A stretch of 64,000 bases of DNA from Octopus vulgaris (lineage: Eukaryota). The stretch spans positions 79,422,001 to 79,486,000 of the forward strand of contig OX597819.1 of assembly GCA_951406725.2 (NCBI GenBank), written 5' to 3'. Positions 11,704 to 26,123 of this stretch are shown in pieces (the stretch's first letter is position 1; each line of letters starts with the position of its first letter). Under the pieces are notes generated by a model. The model worked only from the letters and a program-made list of their open reading frames with translations. It did no database searches and had not been told where the DNA came from. The translations under genes were made by a program, and so were the position numbers.

Positions 11704-12060
11704 ACTCTTTTACTCTTTTACCTGTTTCAGTCATTTGACTGCGGCCATGCTGGAGCACCGCCTTTGTAAGCCCAGTACTTATTCTATCGGTCTCTTTTGC
11801 CGAACCGCTAAGTGACGGGGACGTAAACACACCAGCATCGGTTGTCAAGCAATGCTAGGGGGACAAACACAAACACACACACACATACATATATATACAT
11901 ATATACATATATACGACAGGCTTCTTTCAGTTTCCATCTACTAAATCCACTCACAAGGCATTGGTCGGCCCGGGGCTATAGCAGAAGACACTTGCCCAAG
12001 GTGCCATGCAGTGGGACTGAACCCGGAACCATGTGGTTGGTTAGAAAGCTACTTACCACA
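11704..12060 (-). mobile_element. SINE family A
   Basis: Young copy with a small internal deletion; head truncated next to the MITE. Confidence 0.9.
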
Positions 12061-12068
12061 CATATATA

Positions 12069-12518
12069 CCGTATATCCTCGTGTATAATCCGCATTCCCC
12101 CCCTCCCAAATTTAAAGGTCAAAATCCCTAGTGCGTGCTATATACGAGGCTAAAAATGAAAATTATTTTTAAGCAATGTCCGAGTCTCTATTTGCTGTGA
12201 TATAGGGCGCGAAATTACCTTAAGCTAAGCCTGAAATCAATGAAGTCATAAAAGAATCAGCCATAACTTGCAGTAAGCAACATTTATTAAACGTTATTAC
12301 TGTTATTACTGTTATTTCTTTATTTTCTGCAAACAAAATGCACAAAAAGCTACACATTTGCATTATGTTATATATACAACAATAATAAAGGACGTTACCG
12401 TATACATTTTTACAAAGCAAGGACGTTATATAGACCTCCTTGACTCAAGTTAGAGAAGGAGTGCGTATTATACACAAGGTTTATTATACTCAAGGGCGGA
12501 CTATACTCGAGGATTTAC

Positions 12519-12520
<2 letters not shown>
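12069..12520. mobile_element. Tc1/mariner-superfamily (pogo/Tc2-like) MITE
   Basis: TIRs CCGTATATCCTCGTGTATAATCCGC and GCGGACTATACTCGAGGATTTACGG, with TA on both sides. Confidence 0.8.
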
Positions 12521-12574
<54 letters not shown>

Positions 12575-12575
<1 letters not shown>

Positions 12576-12762
12576 TTCTAATATAAGGAATAAATTTTTA
12601 AAAATTCCTCAGTGGCCAGCATATTAAAATACATTTTAAGAAGAAAATTATAAACAATTATGAATAAGGGAAAAAGAAAAAAATCTGCCAATATGCTGAA
12701 AACTAGGTCTATTTTCAACATATTGGCAGAGAAATTTTTTTTCCTTTTGCCCTTATTTATAT
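12575..12762. mobile_element. Fold-back remnant in (TA)n, probably a Penelope-like terminus
   Basis: Inverted repeat AATAAGGG..TCTGCCAATATGCTGAAAA / TTTTCAACATATTGGCAGA..CCCTTATT around AACTAGGTCTA (hammerhead-like 3' half). Related sequence at 19285-19445. Confidence 0.5.
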
Positions 12763-13142
12763 ATATATTCCCTCACATACACACACACACGTAAACACAC
12801 ACACACGCACACATACATATACATACACATATGCATGCAGGTGTATGCGCGCGTACTTGTATATGAGTATATAAGTGTGTGTGTGTGTGTGTGTGCTTGC
12901 ATGTAGAAGAAAAATACACCAAAGGAATTACAAAAATCCTAATGACTTCACTAATATTCACCACCACCAACCAGATGTTCGACTTGAAGAACTTTCGCAG
13001 TTTCGGTGTTGCAGACGGTACAGCTTCACTTTGGGTGTACACCAACAATTTTGGATACAGATGTTAAGAATTGGGCCGGCGAAAACCGGACAAATTCTTA
13101 ACAGCTTTATCCTAAGTTTTTGATATCATTCCAGAAAATATA

Positions 13143-13373
13143 TATTTCTTTACTACCCACAAGGGGCTAAACATAGAGGGGACAAACAAAGACAGACAAA
13201 GGGATTAAGTCGATTACATGGACCCCGGTGCTTAACTGGTACTTAATTTATCGACCCCGAAAGGATGAAAGGCAAAGTCGAACTCGACGGAATTTGAACT
13301 CAGAATGTAATGACAGACGAAATTCGGCTACGCATTTCGCCCGGCGTGCTAACGTTTCTGCCAGCTCGCCGCC
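13143..13373 (-). mobile_element. SINE family B (tRNA-derived, Nin/Deu-like central domain)
   Basis: Head GGCGGCGAGCTGGCAGAAACG, B-box GAGTTCAAATTCC, domain GCCTTTCATCCTTTCGGGGTCGATAAATTAAGTACCAG. Confidence 0.85.
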
Positions 13374-13449
13374 CTTCCAGAAAATATAGTTAAACATTTT
13401 ATCATGCTGAACCCTTAATCCATACATATCTTTTAATCCACACATGTCT

Positions 13450-13626
13450 TTTTCTCTCTCCGTTTTTGTTTTGTTCTCTCTCCATTTTCCACTCTCCATC
13501 CTTTTTGTCGAAGAGTGTATGCTCGAAACGTCAAAGACTTTTCCATTCTTCATGAGAGTCAAACTAATACACCTGTTTGTTGTTCTTTAACCTGTCTTCG
13601 TCTTTTGTTTTCTGTAAATACGACCT
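13450..13626 (+). mobile_element. Penelope-like terminal fragment, family P1, hammerhead at 13501-13536
   Basis: CTTT-TTGTCGA-A-GAGT-GTAT-GCTC-GAAAC-GTC-AAAG. Confidence 0.7.
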
Positions 13627-13889
13627 ATATATGTATGTATATTAGGCGCAGGAGTAGCTATGTGGTAAGAAGCGACCCCACCCCATGCATGATTGCTATT
13701 TATTTGCCGTCCCTGAAAGGACGAAGAGCAAAATCCTCCTCGGCTGTATTTAAACTCACTAAGTACAGTCGAAAGAAATGGCACTAAGAATTTTGTCCAG
13801 CGTAGTAACGATTCACAACCTCGCCGCCCCAATCATTACAACATGAAAGTAATACTAGTACTTTCTACTACAAGCACAAGGCCTGGAAT

Positions 13890-15020
13890 TTTATAAAGTA
13901 TTTATAAATCGTTTTTTGCTATTTTTGTTTAGAGATGGATAAGTCGAGAATTCGTACAGTTTTGAAATATGAGTTCTTTCTTGGAAATACAGCATCACAG
14001 ACAGCTCGGAATATTACTGGAGTATTTCATTCTAATGCTATTACACAGCAGACAGTATCAAATTTGGTTTGCAAAATTTCATTCTGGTAACTTTGACTTC
14101 ATAAATGAGCAACGCGGTCGACCAGAAACAAAAGTCGACCAAGAAACAATGGCGAACTGAAAACCACCGTCGAGTCAGATCCATCTCAAAGTGCCCGTGA
14201 AATATCGTTTGGGTGTTAGAAAGCAAACAATATTGACTCACTTAGCTCAAATCGATAAAGGGAATAAGTTGGATAAGTGGGTTCCACATGAACTCAATGT
14301 AAATCAGAAACAGCAAAGTTTGGAAGCCTGCATTATCACAAAAATGAATCAGTTTTGAATCGAATTGTAACATATGATGAGAAATGGATCCAATACAACA
14401 ACCGTAATCGTTCAGCACAATGGTTGGACAAAACCGAGCCATCAAAACACAGTCCAAAAAGCAAAATTCATCAAAAGAAGCTGATGGTGTTTTTGGTGGC
14501 CTGGCGCTGGTGTGATCCATTATGATTTCATCACACCTGGCTCATCAATCACGGCCGAAGTATACTGCAGCCAACTGGACCAAATGATGCAGAAAAAAAA
14601 AACACAGCCTAGATTAGTCAATAGATTCACTCCTATTTTATTGCAAGACAACGCCAGGCCACACATCGCAAAAATGACATTGGTGAAACTACAGGAGTTT
14701 GAGTTGGAAGTTCTCCATCATCCACCATACTCACCTGATTTTGCCACTGACTACCATTTCGGATAACTGCCACACTTGGATAACTTTTTTATAGGAAAAA
14801 ATATTAATTCCGACGATGCTGTAAAACAGGCCTTGTAAGATTTTATCGACTCTAGATGGCCTGGCTTTTACAGTTCCGAGCTGGACAAGCTACCGCTGAA
14901 ATGGCAAAAGTGTATTGACAATATGGGTGCATACTTCAATGAATAAAACTATTCCTTATATTTTAAACACATTAGCAAACTTTTTCTTTTCTACAAATTT
15001 CATACTTGACGACATATTAA
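13890..15020 (+). pseudogene. Decayed mariner (DD34D-type) transposase, ATG ~13935 to TAA ~14946, with 3' TIR-like end
   Basis: Motifs RGRP, WVPHEL, IVTYDEKWIQY, LLQDNARPH, HPPYSPDFATDYHF, KWQKCIDNMGAYF; multiple frameshifts and stops. Confidence 0.92.
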
Positions 15021-15087
15021 TAATGATGATGATGATAATAATAATAAGAATAATAAGAATTATTATTATTATTATTATTATTATTAT

Positions 15088-15217
15088 CATTCAGTAGTTA
15101 TATTTTTATAACGTGCTTTCACTTCATTACCCAGCGCAGCTCTGTGTGCCTTGGGCGTGTGCCGTGATTTGTTGTGATGCTCTGATGGTTACTGTATTGA
15201 AAGTGCTCTGCGTAGGG
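15088..15217 (-). mobile_element. 3' end of an R4/Dong-like non-LTR element inside (TAA)n
   Basis: Minus strand reads LRRALSIQ* plus a short UTR running into (TAA)n; both flanks are (TTA)n. Dong-type elements are known to target TAA repeats. Confidence 0.55.
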
Positions 15218-15244
15218 TTATTATTATTATTATTATTTCAACTC

Positions 15245-15412
15245 TTGGCACAAAGCCTTGGAATTTTGTGGGCAAGGGGGCTATTCGATTATATCGACCC
15301 CAGTACGCAATTGGTCATTATTTCAGCGACCACGAAAGGATGAAAGGCAAAGTCGACCTCGGCGGATTTGAACTTAGAACGAAATACCGCTAAGCATTCT
15401 GTCAGCTCACCA
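15245..15412 (-). mobile_element. SINE family B, diverged
   Basis: GAAAGGATGAAAGGCAAAGTCGACCTCGGCGG. Confidence 0.75.
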
Positions 15413-15417
15413 CATCA

Positions 15418-15461
<44 letters not shown>

Positions 15462-15609
15462 GAAGAAGAAGAAGAAGAAGATGAAGAAGAACTTTGTTTA
15501 AGGGCTTGCTACCTTAGCTCCAACTATAGCTAGGAATGATTGAATTAGCTAATAAATTCACTGGATACAATTGCAAATCTTATGGTATAGGGTATGCTAA
15601 AATCTTGTA

Positions 15610-15745
15610 TGAAGAGCATTGTCTACCACTTATCAGAACAAAAGACGGAACACTGTTATGGGATTTCAACCATTCCATGCTGACCACATTATAAGCGCAA
15701 TTCGGCCAGATATTATTATCGGAGATAAATTATCAAAGATAAATT
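15610..15745 (+). pseudogene. Restriction-like endonuclease fragment of an R4/Dong-type element
   Basis: GTLLWDF..ADHIISAIRPDIIIGDK resembles the ILWDFxIxTDxxIxANRPDIV motif. Confidence 0.55.
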
Positions 15746-16011
15746 ATTAAATGGAGAGTACGCGTATATGCAAAATGCGTGTAAAGGCAAAATAAGCGTG
15801 TACAGGTTCATTCATGTGTGTGTGTGTGTTTGTATGTGTGCATGTGTGTGTGTTTGCTTTTAATTGTTTCAGCCATTGAACTGCGGCAATACTGGGTTCG
15901 TCCTCGAAGATTTTCAGGCAGACGCTAGGTTAAAGGACGTCAACAAGCGATATAAAAAGACAGACGCAAACACATAAACATACATACACTTTGCGTGCGC
16001 ACACTTATCTA

Positions 16012-16072
<61 letters not shown>

Positions 16073-16217
16073 GACGCGCTTGTTTCAGTTTCCGTTTCCG
16101 TCTGCCACATCCACTCAGAAAGTGTTGCTTGGCGCAGGAATACAGCCAAGGTGTTATGCTGTGTGATTGAACCTGAAACCATTTGGTTAGGAAGCAAACT
16201 TCTATCTATCTACCTAC

Positions 16218-16299
<82 letters not shown>

Positions 16300-16508
16300 G
16301 TGTGTGTGTGTGTGTGTGTTTATACACACACACAAGGAAAGATAGAAAGTGGAACAAATTTATAAGTGTAGTTACACTATATCGAAAAATCTATTCCCTA
16401 ATTATTTAATTAGCATATTATGAAGAAGATATTAAAATAATTAGCGTTGCATAAATTAATCATTAGAGAGAAGGTATTTATACTTATATATGTATAAATA
16501 CATGTATA

Positions 16509-16573
<65 letters not shown>

Positions 16574-16953
16574 ATATAATATATATATATATGTATATAT
16601 ATATATACATATATACACACAAACATGCACACTTACACATAATTAAATAACTACGCATATCTATCTATAGGTGCTTATTTATAAATATATATTTATACTT
16701 AAATGTGTTATTCATATACAGATTGAGTGATATATGCATTGATGAATCGATGGATCGATCAACCGAAAGATATTCGTGTATGTAACCAAGGAGTTAAAGA
16801 GATATATTTTGTGTATTTTATAAGAGTATGTACTTGATTCTATGAAGTACATACTCGTTCTCAGTGTACGACAAGATAGTTTTGTATCATTGCTTCCTCT
16901 CTGTTCTGTCTGCCTGTCTGTCGCTTCCCTTTTCCTTTGTATAAGTTGATGCA

Positions 16954-16984
<31 letters not shown>

Positions 16985-17122
16985 ACATGTGTGTATGAGT
17001 AATAATTTTACGTTTGGATATGCACCTTGTAGCATGGCGTTTGAAGCCTGTTCAATGCATTCGGCTACCTGATGTCATCAGCAGTTTGGATATTAAGGCC
17101 ACTGGATTTGCTTAAATATGCG

Positions 17123-17305
<183 letters not shown>

Positions 17306-17344
17306 AGTCTGTCTGTCTGTCTGTCTATCTATCTGTTTGTCTAT

Positions 17345-17400
<56 letters not shown>

Positions 17401-17694
17401 TTATCTATCTATCTGTCCGTGTGTCTGTGTGTCTCTCTGCCTACCTGACTATCTGTCTGTCTACCTGTCTGCCTGTCTGGAACAATACTAAGAGTTTGTT
17501 GTGATGGTGTTGTAATCCCCATTTATAACGGGAAAAAAACACCAGATAAATGTAGGACATTCAAGAGGAATCACACTCTTATATCTTCTGCCGGCAAAGT
17601 ACTTAGTGATGTTCTCCTCGCACGATTACACAATAAAATTTAACTGACTGCTCTCCCAGAATCACAATATAGTGTTAGACTAAATAGGGGTACT

Positions 17695-17916
17695 ATACTC
17701 TTTTACTCTTTTACTTGTTTCAGTCATTTGACTGCGGCCATGCTGGAGCACTGCCTTTAATCGAGCAACTCGACCCCGGGACTTATTCTTTTGTAAGCCC
17801 AGTACTTATTCTATCGGTCTCTTTTGCCGAACCGCTAAGTGACGGGGACATAAACACACCAGCATCGGTTGTCAAGCAATGCTAGGGGGACAAACACAGA
17901 CACACAAACACACACA

Positions 17917-18006
<90 letters not shown>

Positions 18007-18170
18007 TACGACATGCTTCTTTCAGTTTCCGTCTACCAAATTCACTCACAAGGCATTGGTCGGCCCGGGGCTATAGCAGAAGACACTTGCCCAAGGTGCC
18101 ACGCAGTGGGACTGAACCCGGAACCATGTGGTTGGTTAGCAAGCTACTTACCACACAGCCACTCCTGCGC
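17695..18170 (-). mobile_element. SINE family A, full length
   Basis: A-box TGGCTGTGTGG, B-box GGTTCAGTCCC, CORE-like CACCTTGGGCAAGTG, internal (TA)n/(TG)n, (GAGTAAAA)n tail. Confidence 0.92.
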
Positions 18171-18171
18171 G

Positions 18172-18900
18172 AATATATTCTTTTCTGAACATCAGGTTCA
18201 AGAAAAATGTTGAGAACAAAATCTAGATTTAGTTAGTTGATTTAACAAGCCGTACTTGTAAGTGCAGTCGAAGATCGCAGGAAAGATGTATATATTCATT
18301 AAGGAAGCATCGCCAAATTATTTAATTTGGAGATGTTATCAGCAAAAACAAAGACGGTTGGCTTTCTAATAAGAGATTTATTATATGCAGATGACTGTGA
18401 GCTGATCATTCAATCAGGGACACGTAACACCAAATGCTTAAACTTGATGAATCCTGTATGGCCTTTGGGCTAACAATAATTGTAGATAAAACCGTTGTTA
18501 TGTTTCAACCAGCTTCAAACTCATTATGGACCTGAGATTTTCCTTCAACACACAAAACTGAATGCTGTGGATAAATTTACATATCTCAGAACTGTGCTGA
18601 ATTGTGTGTTTGTTATTTAGATGAAATAACGAATCGTTTTCAAAAAGTATCTGAGGCTTTCAAGAAACTTGAAGGGTGAGTTTGGTCTAATAGAGATATT
18701 TCCCAAAACACAAAGGTTGCAGAGTACAGTGCTTGGGTGCTTTCATCTCTTCTTTACTCATGTGAAACATGGATAGTATATAAGAAGCACCTCAAATTAT
18801 TAAAGCTATTTCATCAGTGATGTTTGCGCTCTATACTGAAATTCAAATGGGTGCACTAAGTATCAGATTCTGGAGTACCTGCGTGCGCTAGTGTGGATGG
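18172..18900 (+). pseudogene. RTE-clade LINE RT relic
   Basis: QVQEKC, LLYADDCEL, FGLTI..KTVVMFQPA, VDKFTYL, LSSLLYSCETW..FHQ*CLRSIL. Confidence 0.85.
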
Positions 18901-18909
18901 TACCGGACG

Positions 18910-19222
18910 TCACCAACAGTAAACAATATGAAATGCGAAAAGAATACTCAAACAAATGGAAAACAGAACAAGTAACATAAAGAACGACACCTCAACAGTT
19001 GTCGGCTGTCTATCTACGCCTCATTTCGAGCATTGAACGACAATATGAGTCTTCGAAGACAGTCGCTCCTATAAGTACGAAAATAAAATTTGGGATTAAT
19101 GGAGGGTCAAAGTTGGGAACAAAAACAGGACAGTGGAGATATACAAGGAAACCTAAAGAAAACAAACATGAAGGTTCGTTAGACCAGAACGAGGATAAAA
19201 CAGCGAAAGCTGGAGAAATATT

Positions 19223-19226
<4 letters not shown>
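18910..19226 (-). mobile_element. Probable Penelope-like terminal fragment with degenerate hammerhead at 19010-19062
   Basis: Minus strand: CTGTC-TTCGAAGA-..ATTG/CAAT..-GAAAT-GAGGC-GTA-GATAG. The downstream AGCCGACAACTG also occurs at ~47430. Confidence 0.45.
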
Positions 19227-19290
<64 letters not shown>

Positions 19291-19445
19291 ATATATTTAA
19301 TGTAGGATAAATTTATTTCGAAAAAAAAAAATTTCTCAATGCCCAGCATATTAAAAATACCTTTAAAGGTTAAATTTATAAACAATGTGTCTAATTTGGC
19401 CATATTTGGCATTAGAAATTTTTTTGTTTGCCCTTATTTATAAGT

Positions 19446-19483
<38 letters not shown>

Positions 19484-20314
19484 CACACACTCACACAAAC
19501 ACACACACACATATCTATGTGTGTGTCTCGTGTCTGTCATTTCACCCACCACCCAGTGTTTGACAACAGATGGTGGTGTGTTTTCGTCCGCGTAAGTTAG
19601 CGGTTCGGCAGAGAGAACGATAAAATAAGTACTAGGCTTTAAAAAAATAAGCACTAGCTACGATACATTCGACTAAAAGTTCTCGAAGGCAATGCTTTAG
19701 CATGACTGCAGTCTATTGCCTGAGATAAGTAATATGTGTGTGTGTATTATGTATGTATATATGTATACATATCTATCTATCTTTATTTATGCAGGAGTGG
19801 CTGTGTGGTAAGAAGCTTGTTTCACAACCACATGGTTCCAGGTTCATTCACACTGCGTGGACCTTGGGCGAGTGTCTGAAACAAGCACAAATAAAAGAAT
19901 GTATGTATACGTATCTCTAATTGTCCGGTAGAATGTGTGTGCGTGTATATATACCTAAATATATAAATATATCAATGATATATACACTCGAGAGCAAACA
20001 CACAGAATCAGACAGCACACGCGCGCACATACACACATATGTGGTTGGTAGATGTAGAGAAATAGAGAAATTGACACCGATATGGGTAAAACGTATTACA
20101 AATGCACATTATACATACGAATGCTTATACTTTATAGATATGAATGCAAATGTATGCAAAGTGGTAAACACTTTCATAAAAACTGTTGAACACTCAGAAA
20201 TACGTAAACATTTCTGTGTGTGTGTGTGTACATATAGCTAATATGTACACACACACAGACACACACACACACACACACACACATACACACACACGCACAT
20301 ACATACACACATAT

Positions 20315-20815
20315 ACATGTGGGAAGTGATATATAAATCACCTGTGAGAACAAAAGTATTGTAATACACATATTACATACAAAGTATTGTAACACACACA
20401 TACACACATACATATATGCGTACATGCATACATATACAAACATACATGCATACATACATACATACACACGTATATACATCCATGTGGGAAGTGATACATG
20501 AAACAACCGTATCGACAAAAGTATTGTGATACATACATGCATACACATATACATACATACATGCATACATACATACATACATACATACATACATACATAC
20601 ATACATACACATACGTACATGTGGGAAGAAGTACATAAAACAATCTGTGAAAACAAATACATTGTAATGCATGCATACACACATAAATACATACGTACAT
20701 GCATACACAAACATACATACATATACACACATACATACATGCATACATATATTCATTCATGTGGGAAGTGATACATAAAACAGTCTGAGAGAACAAAGAT
20801 ATTGTAATACATACA
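20315..20815. repeat. Four copies of a ~55-bp motif separated by (TACA)n/(CA)n tracts
   Basis: CATGTGGGAAGTGATACATAAAACA.TCTG.GA.AACAAAAGTATTGTAATAC at ~20316, 20481, 20618 and 20758. Confidence 0.8.
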
Positions 20816-20966
20816 CACATACATACATACATACATACATACATACATACATACATACATACATGCATACATACATACATACATACATACATACATACAT
20901 ACATACATACATACATACATACATACATGCGGACATACACATAGGTTTTCATACAAACTATATACG

Positions 20967-21377
20967 CTTTTACTTGTTTCAATCATTTGACTGTGGCCAT
21001 GCTGGAGCACCGCCTATAATCGAGCAAATCGTCCCCAGGAGTTATTCTTTGTAAGCCTAGTACTTATTCTATCGGTCTCTTTGCCAAACCGCTAATTTAC
21101 GGGGACATAAACTCACCAGCATCGGTTGTCAAGCGATGTTGGGGGACAAACACAGACACACACACAGACACACAGACACACACACACACACACACACATA
21201 CATATAAATATATACGACGGGCTTCTTTCAGTTTCCGCCTATCAAATCCACTCACAAGGCTTTGGTTGACCCAAGGCTATAGTAGAAGACACTTGCCCAA
21301 GGTGCCACGCAGTGGGACTGAACCCGGAACCATGCGGTTTGTAAGCAAGCTACTTGCCACACAGCCACTCCTACACC
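20967..21377 (-). mobile_element. SINE family A, full length
   Basis: Matches the family consensus. Confidence 0.92.
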
Positions 21378-22861
21378 TATATTTACATATGTAAGTATAT
21401 CGCTGCTGAATGTGGAAGTTTGCAACAGTGAAGTTTAGATGAAGATATAGCATAAAGTGTGTACGAGACATATCGTGCAGTGTGTGCATGTCGGTGTCAT
21501 GTGTACCTGTTTAGGGAATGTTATACTGAAGAGTTGCGTGTATTTCTATGTGTATGTATTGTGCCTTCTGCAATATAGGTTTGTGTTTCTCTGTGAATGT
21601 GTGTGTGTGTGTGCGATTGTGCGATTGTGCGTGTGTGAAATGTGTGTTGTGAATGTTCTGCGGTGTGTAGTTTCAATTTGTCCAATCGCGGTTTCGTACT
21701 TGTGTGTGTGTTTATGTTCTTTTGTGTGCGCGTATGCGTGCGTGTATGTATGTATGTGTGTGTGTTCGTGTGTGTTTGTGTATGTATGCACGCTGATTGT
21801 GGATGTTCTGTATAGCATTATGATGTGTTGTGTAAATGTGTGTGTATATGAGTGTGTATGCTGTATAATGTAGTGTATATGTATATCTTGCATACTAGCA
21901 TTTTGTAGATACCGTTTATGGTGTTGTTAGGTATAAATGCATGTGTTGTGTATGTATATGTATATGTGCGTGTGTGTGCGTTGTCGGTATATCATCAAAT
22001 GTCTTATAGATGTGTATACGTGTGTATGTGTATGCGTTGTATTGTGTATAACGTAGCGTGTAATAATGAGTGTGTACGTATTTTGTAGATACGTGTTGCA
22101 CAATGCCTTATCATGTAACTGTGTGACTGTTTTATTGTGGTTGTAGATGTTGGTCAGTGTAGTGGAATATTGCGTCTTGTAAAGCTGTGAGTATATGTAA
22201 GCATGTTATGTAATGAAAAGCTTTATAACTATGTATGTACGTGTCTGTGTTGAAGCTAATGTGTTGTGTAATATAGTGTTGTCGTTGTGTAACTGTGTTG
22301 TGTTTTGTTTTTTTGCATAGTTTAGTGAAACACTGTAATATGTCTGAGTGTCTAAGATGTGTGTTAAATAGAATATATGTATACGTGTATCTGTGGATTA
22401 GTGTGTTGAACTAATCCACTTTTGTATAATGTAGAAGCAGGGTCACCTTAGTAGCATTATAGGCCCCAGAGCTAATCCGTACAGTGGACTCTACTGTACA
22501 TATTTATTGACAGGCTTGTTTTTAAGTTCAGTTATAATAATATACAAAAAAAAAACAAAAACATTTTAGACTTATCTGATAGGTTATTTTATACTTTTGT
22601 AGAATACAAACTTACTATTCTTATGCTGACAGTGACTTCAAAGTTTTGGCCGCTTCAGCCATTGTTCGACGGAATTCCACAGTTTCCGACTATCAAATTC
22701 ACTCATGGCCCAGAAGTATAGTAGGAGACACCTGTCCATGCTGTTGCGCAGTGGGACTGAACCAGAAACCATGTGGCTGGAAAAGGAATCTTCTTAACGT
22801 GTATAATGAATATAACGTTGTGTAGATGCCTGTGTTCTCATAAATTCTGGTTGTTATGCAT

Positions 22862-23020
22862 CAGTGGTTTTCACCCATTTTTGTTCTTTATATGAACCCG
22901 TTTGGTTCCTATTTCACTGAGCGAATGGGACCCTCATAGTCATTCGTTGTTTAAATCGCTTGTATTTGTATGATTAAAAATTATTAGGAGTTATCAAGAA
23001 AAAATGTTTAAATACTTTGT
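22862..23020. mobile_element. hAT-like MITE fragment
   Basis: CAGTGGTTTTCACCC terminus; homologous in inverted orientation to ~7100-7210. Confidence 0.45.
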
Positions 23021-23022
23021 CT

Positions 23023-23325
23023 ATGGCTCAGTGGTATGAGCCTCGGGCTCACAATCATGTGGTAATGAGTTCGATTCCAGGACCGGGCTGTGTGTTGTGT
23101 TCTTGAACAAGACATTTTATTCTCGTTGCTCCGGTTCACTCAGCTGTAGAAATGAGTTGCGACGTCACTGGTACCAATCTGTACCGGCCTTGGCTTTCCC
23201 TTGGATAACATCAGTGGCATGAAGAGATGAGGCTGGCATGCATGGGCGATTGCTGGTCTTCCATAAACATCCTTGCCCGCGCTTGTGCCTAGGAGGGTAA
23301 CTTTCTAGGTGCAATCCCATGGTAT
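23023..23325 (+). mobile_element. SINE family C (tRNA-derived)
   Basis: TGGCTCAGTGG A-box, GAGTTCGATTCC B-box, GTTGTGTTCTTGAACAAGACA domain. Confidence 0.85.
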
Positions 23326-23326
23326 C

Positions 23327-23722
23327 ACTCTTTACTTGTTTCAGTCATTTGACTGCGGCCATGCTGGAGCACCGCCTTTAGTCGAGCAACTCGACCCCGG
23401 GACTTATTCTTTTGTAAGCCCAGTACTTATTCTATCGGTCTCTTTTGTCGAACCGCTAAGTAACGGGGACATAAACACACCAGCATCGGTTGTCAAGCAA
23501 TGCTAGGGGGACAAACACAGACACACAAACACACACACGCATATATATATACATATATACGACAGGCTTCTTTCAGTTTCCGTCTACCAAATCCACTCAC
23601 AAGGCTTTGGTCGGCCCGAGGCTATAGTAGAAGACACTTGCCCAAGGTGCCACGCAGTGGGACTGAACCCGGAACCATGTGGTTGGTAAACAAGCTACTT
23701 TCCACACAGCCACTCCTGCGCC
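23327..23722 (-). mobile_element. SINE family A, full length
   Basis: Matches the consensus; abuts the SINE C tail. Confidence 0.92.
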
Positions 23723-23948
23723 TCCTGACCCATGTTGGGTCACCGCCTTGTAGGATTTGGTAAAATGGTAACATATATATATACATAATTGGCACTCCGT
23801 CGGCTACGACGATGTGGGTTCCAGTTCATCCGATCAACGGAACAGCATGCTCGTGAAATGGCCGCAATCAAATGACTGAAATAAATGGAAGAATAAAAGA
23901 ATATACATACATACATACATACATTCATACATATATACATACATGCAT

Positions 23949-24036
<88 letters not shown>

Positions 24037-24042
<6 letters not shown>

Positions 24043-24415
24043 TCAACCGTTAGACTGCAGCCATACAGGGGTACCGTCTTGAGGAATTTTATGTCGATTG
24101 AATCGACTTGAGTTCTCTTTTTTATCAAACCTGGTATAAGTTGTTTGGGTTTTTACTAAATACGGGGAAGTAAGCACACCATCACAGGTTGTCTGGCGGT
24201 GGTGGGGATAAACAAACACACACACACACACAAGCACACACATATGTATACATTTAAGTGTGATTCTTTCAGTTTCCGTCTGCCAAATCTCCTCACAAAG
24301 CCTTGGTAAATCCGAGGCTATGGCAGAAGACACTTGTCCAAAGTGCCACGCAGCGGGTGAGACTGAACCTGGAAACATGTGGTTAGGAAGCAAGCTTCTT
24401 ACTACACAGCCACTC
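24037..24415 (-). mobile_element. SINE family A, diverged
   Basis: Partial consensus match. Confidence 0.75.
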
Positions 24416-24930
24416 TCTCTCAAAGACAATCCTGCTATGACTCGATATTGCATGATATCGTGTGTCACGTAGAACATGTATGTGTATATACGTGCCTACG
24501 TGACGGGGTGGATATATATTTGAGGGCAACAATGTGTATTTATGTATCTGTATCTCTGTGCATGCGTCTCTTTGTGCGCATGAATTTGTGTGTGTGTGTA
24601 GATGTGTGTATGTGTGTGGATGTGTGTGTGTGGATGTGTGTATGTGTGTGGGTGGGTGTAGTGTGATATGTCGCATACGTGTAACCAATATAGTGTGGTT
24701 GTATATGTTGTACTACATGTGTTGTTCATGTGCTCGGCATAGGAGTGGTGTATGTCCGTATGTGTGTGTATGCATGTATGTAGGTATATGTGTGTATGTA
24801 TGTATATATGTATGTATATATCTATCTATATATATACATATACAAATGTATATATACATATATATATGTGTATATATACATGTATTATATACTTATATGC
24901 ACCCTCATATATATATAAATATACATATAT

Positions 24931-24989
<59 letters not shown>

Positions 24990-25258
24990 CGTTTGTATAT
25001 GTATATGTATATATGCTTATGTGTATATAATTATGTATACACACATACACAAATACATACACATACACACACACACATATATATAGACATGCGTGCATGT
25101 TTGTCTTTGTGTGTATGTGCCTCACTCTCTGTGTGTATGTGTGTGTATGTGTGTGTGTGTGTGTGTGCCCGCGTATGTGTGAGTGAGTGAGTGAAAAATA
25201 TAACTGTCATGTTCTGATTGCTGTATGTATGTATATACGTTTGTATCTATATATGTAA

Positions 25259-25309
<51 letters not shown>

Positions 25310-25653
25310 CATACATACACACATATATATACACACACACACATATATATATATATACATATGCATGTATGCATAAATATATGTATGAATGTATGTATAT
25401 ATGTATGCAAGTATATGTTAATGTATGTATATGTACATATGCCTGCATGTATGCATACGTATATGTAACTGTATATGTATGTAAAATGTATATTCCTTGT
25501 TTCAGCCACTTGACCGCGGCCATGTTGAAGCACCACATTTTAGTCGAAAAATCGTTATTCAGCAGTTATTCTATGTAAACCTGGAATATATAAGTACATA
25601 TATATATGCATATATATGCATGTAGGTTCATGTTTATGTATGTATATATGCAC

Positions 25654-25684
<31 letters not shown>

Positions 25685-25732
25685 TGTATGTATGTATGTA
25701 TGTATGTATGTATGTATGCATGTATGTATACA

Positions 25733-25967
25733 CTCTTTTACTCTTTCACTTGACTGTGGCCATGCTGGAGCACCGCCTTTAGTCGAGCAAATGGATCCCA
25801 GGACTTATTCTTTGTAAGCCTAGTTCTTATTCTATCGGTTTCTTTTGCCGAACCGCTAAGTTACGAGTACGTAAACACACCAGCATCGGTTGTGAAGCGA
25901 TGTTGGGTGGGTGGGGGGAACACAGACACACGCACACGAACATACACATACATACATACATACGTAC

Positions 25968-26010
<43 letters not shown>

Positions 26011-26123
26011 CGACGGGCTTCTTTCAGTTTCCGTCTACCAATTCCACTCGCAAGGCTTTGGTCGGCCCGAGGCTATAGTAGAAGAAACTTGCCCAAGGTG
26101 CCACGCAGTGGGACTGAACCCGG
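25733..26123 (-). mobile_element. SINE family A, 5' truncated
   Basis: Matches the consensus. Confidence 0.9.

Noticed and set aside
13890-15020. Domesticated SETMAR-like gene
   Set aside because: Multiple frameshifts and stops, and no SET domain.
20315-20815. CRISPR-like repeat-spacer appearance
   Set aside because: Repeats are diverged, spacers are microsatellites, there are no cas genes and the context is eukaryotic.
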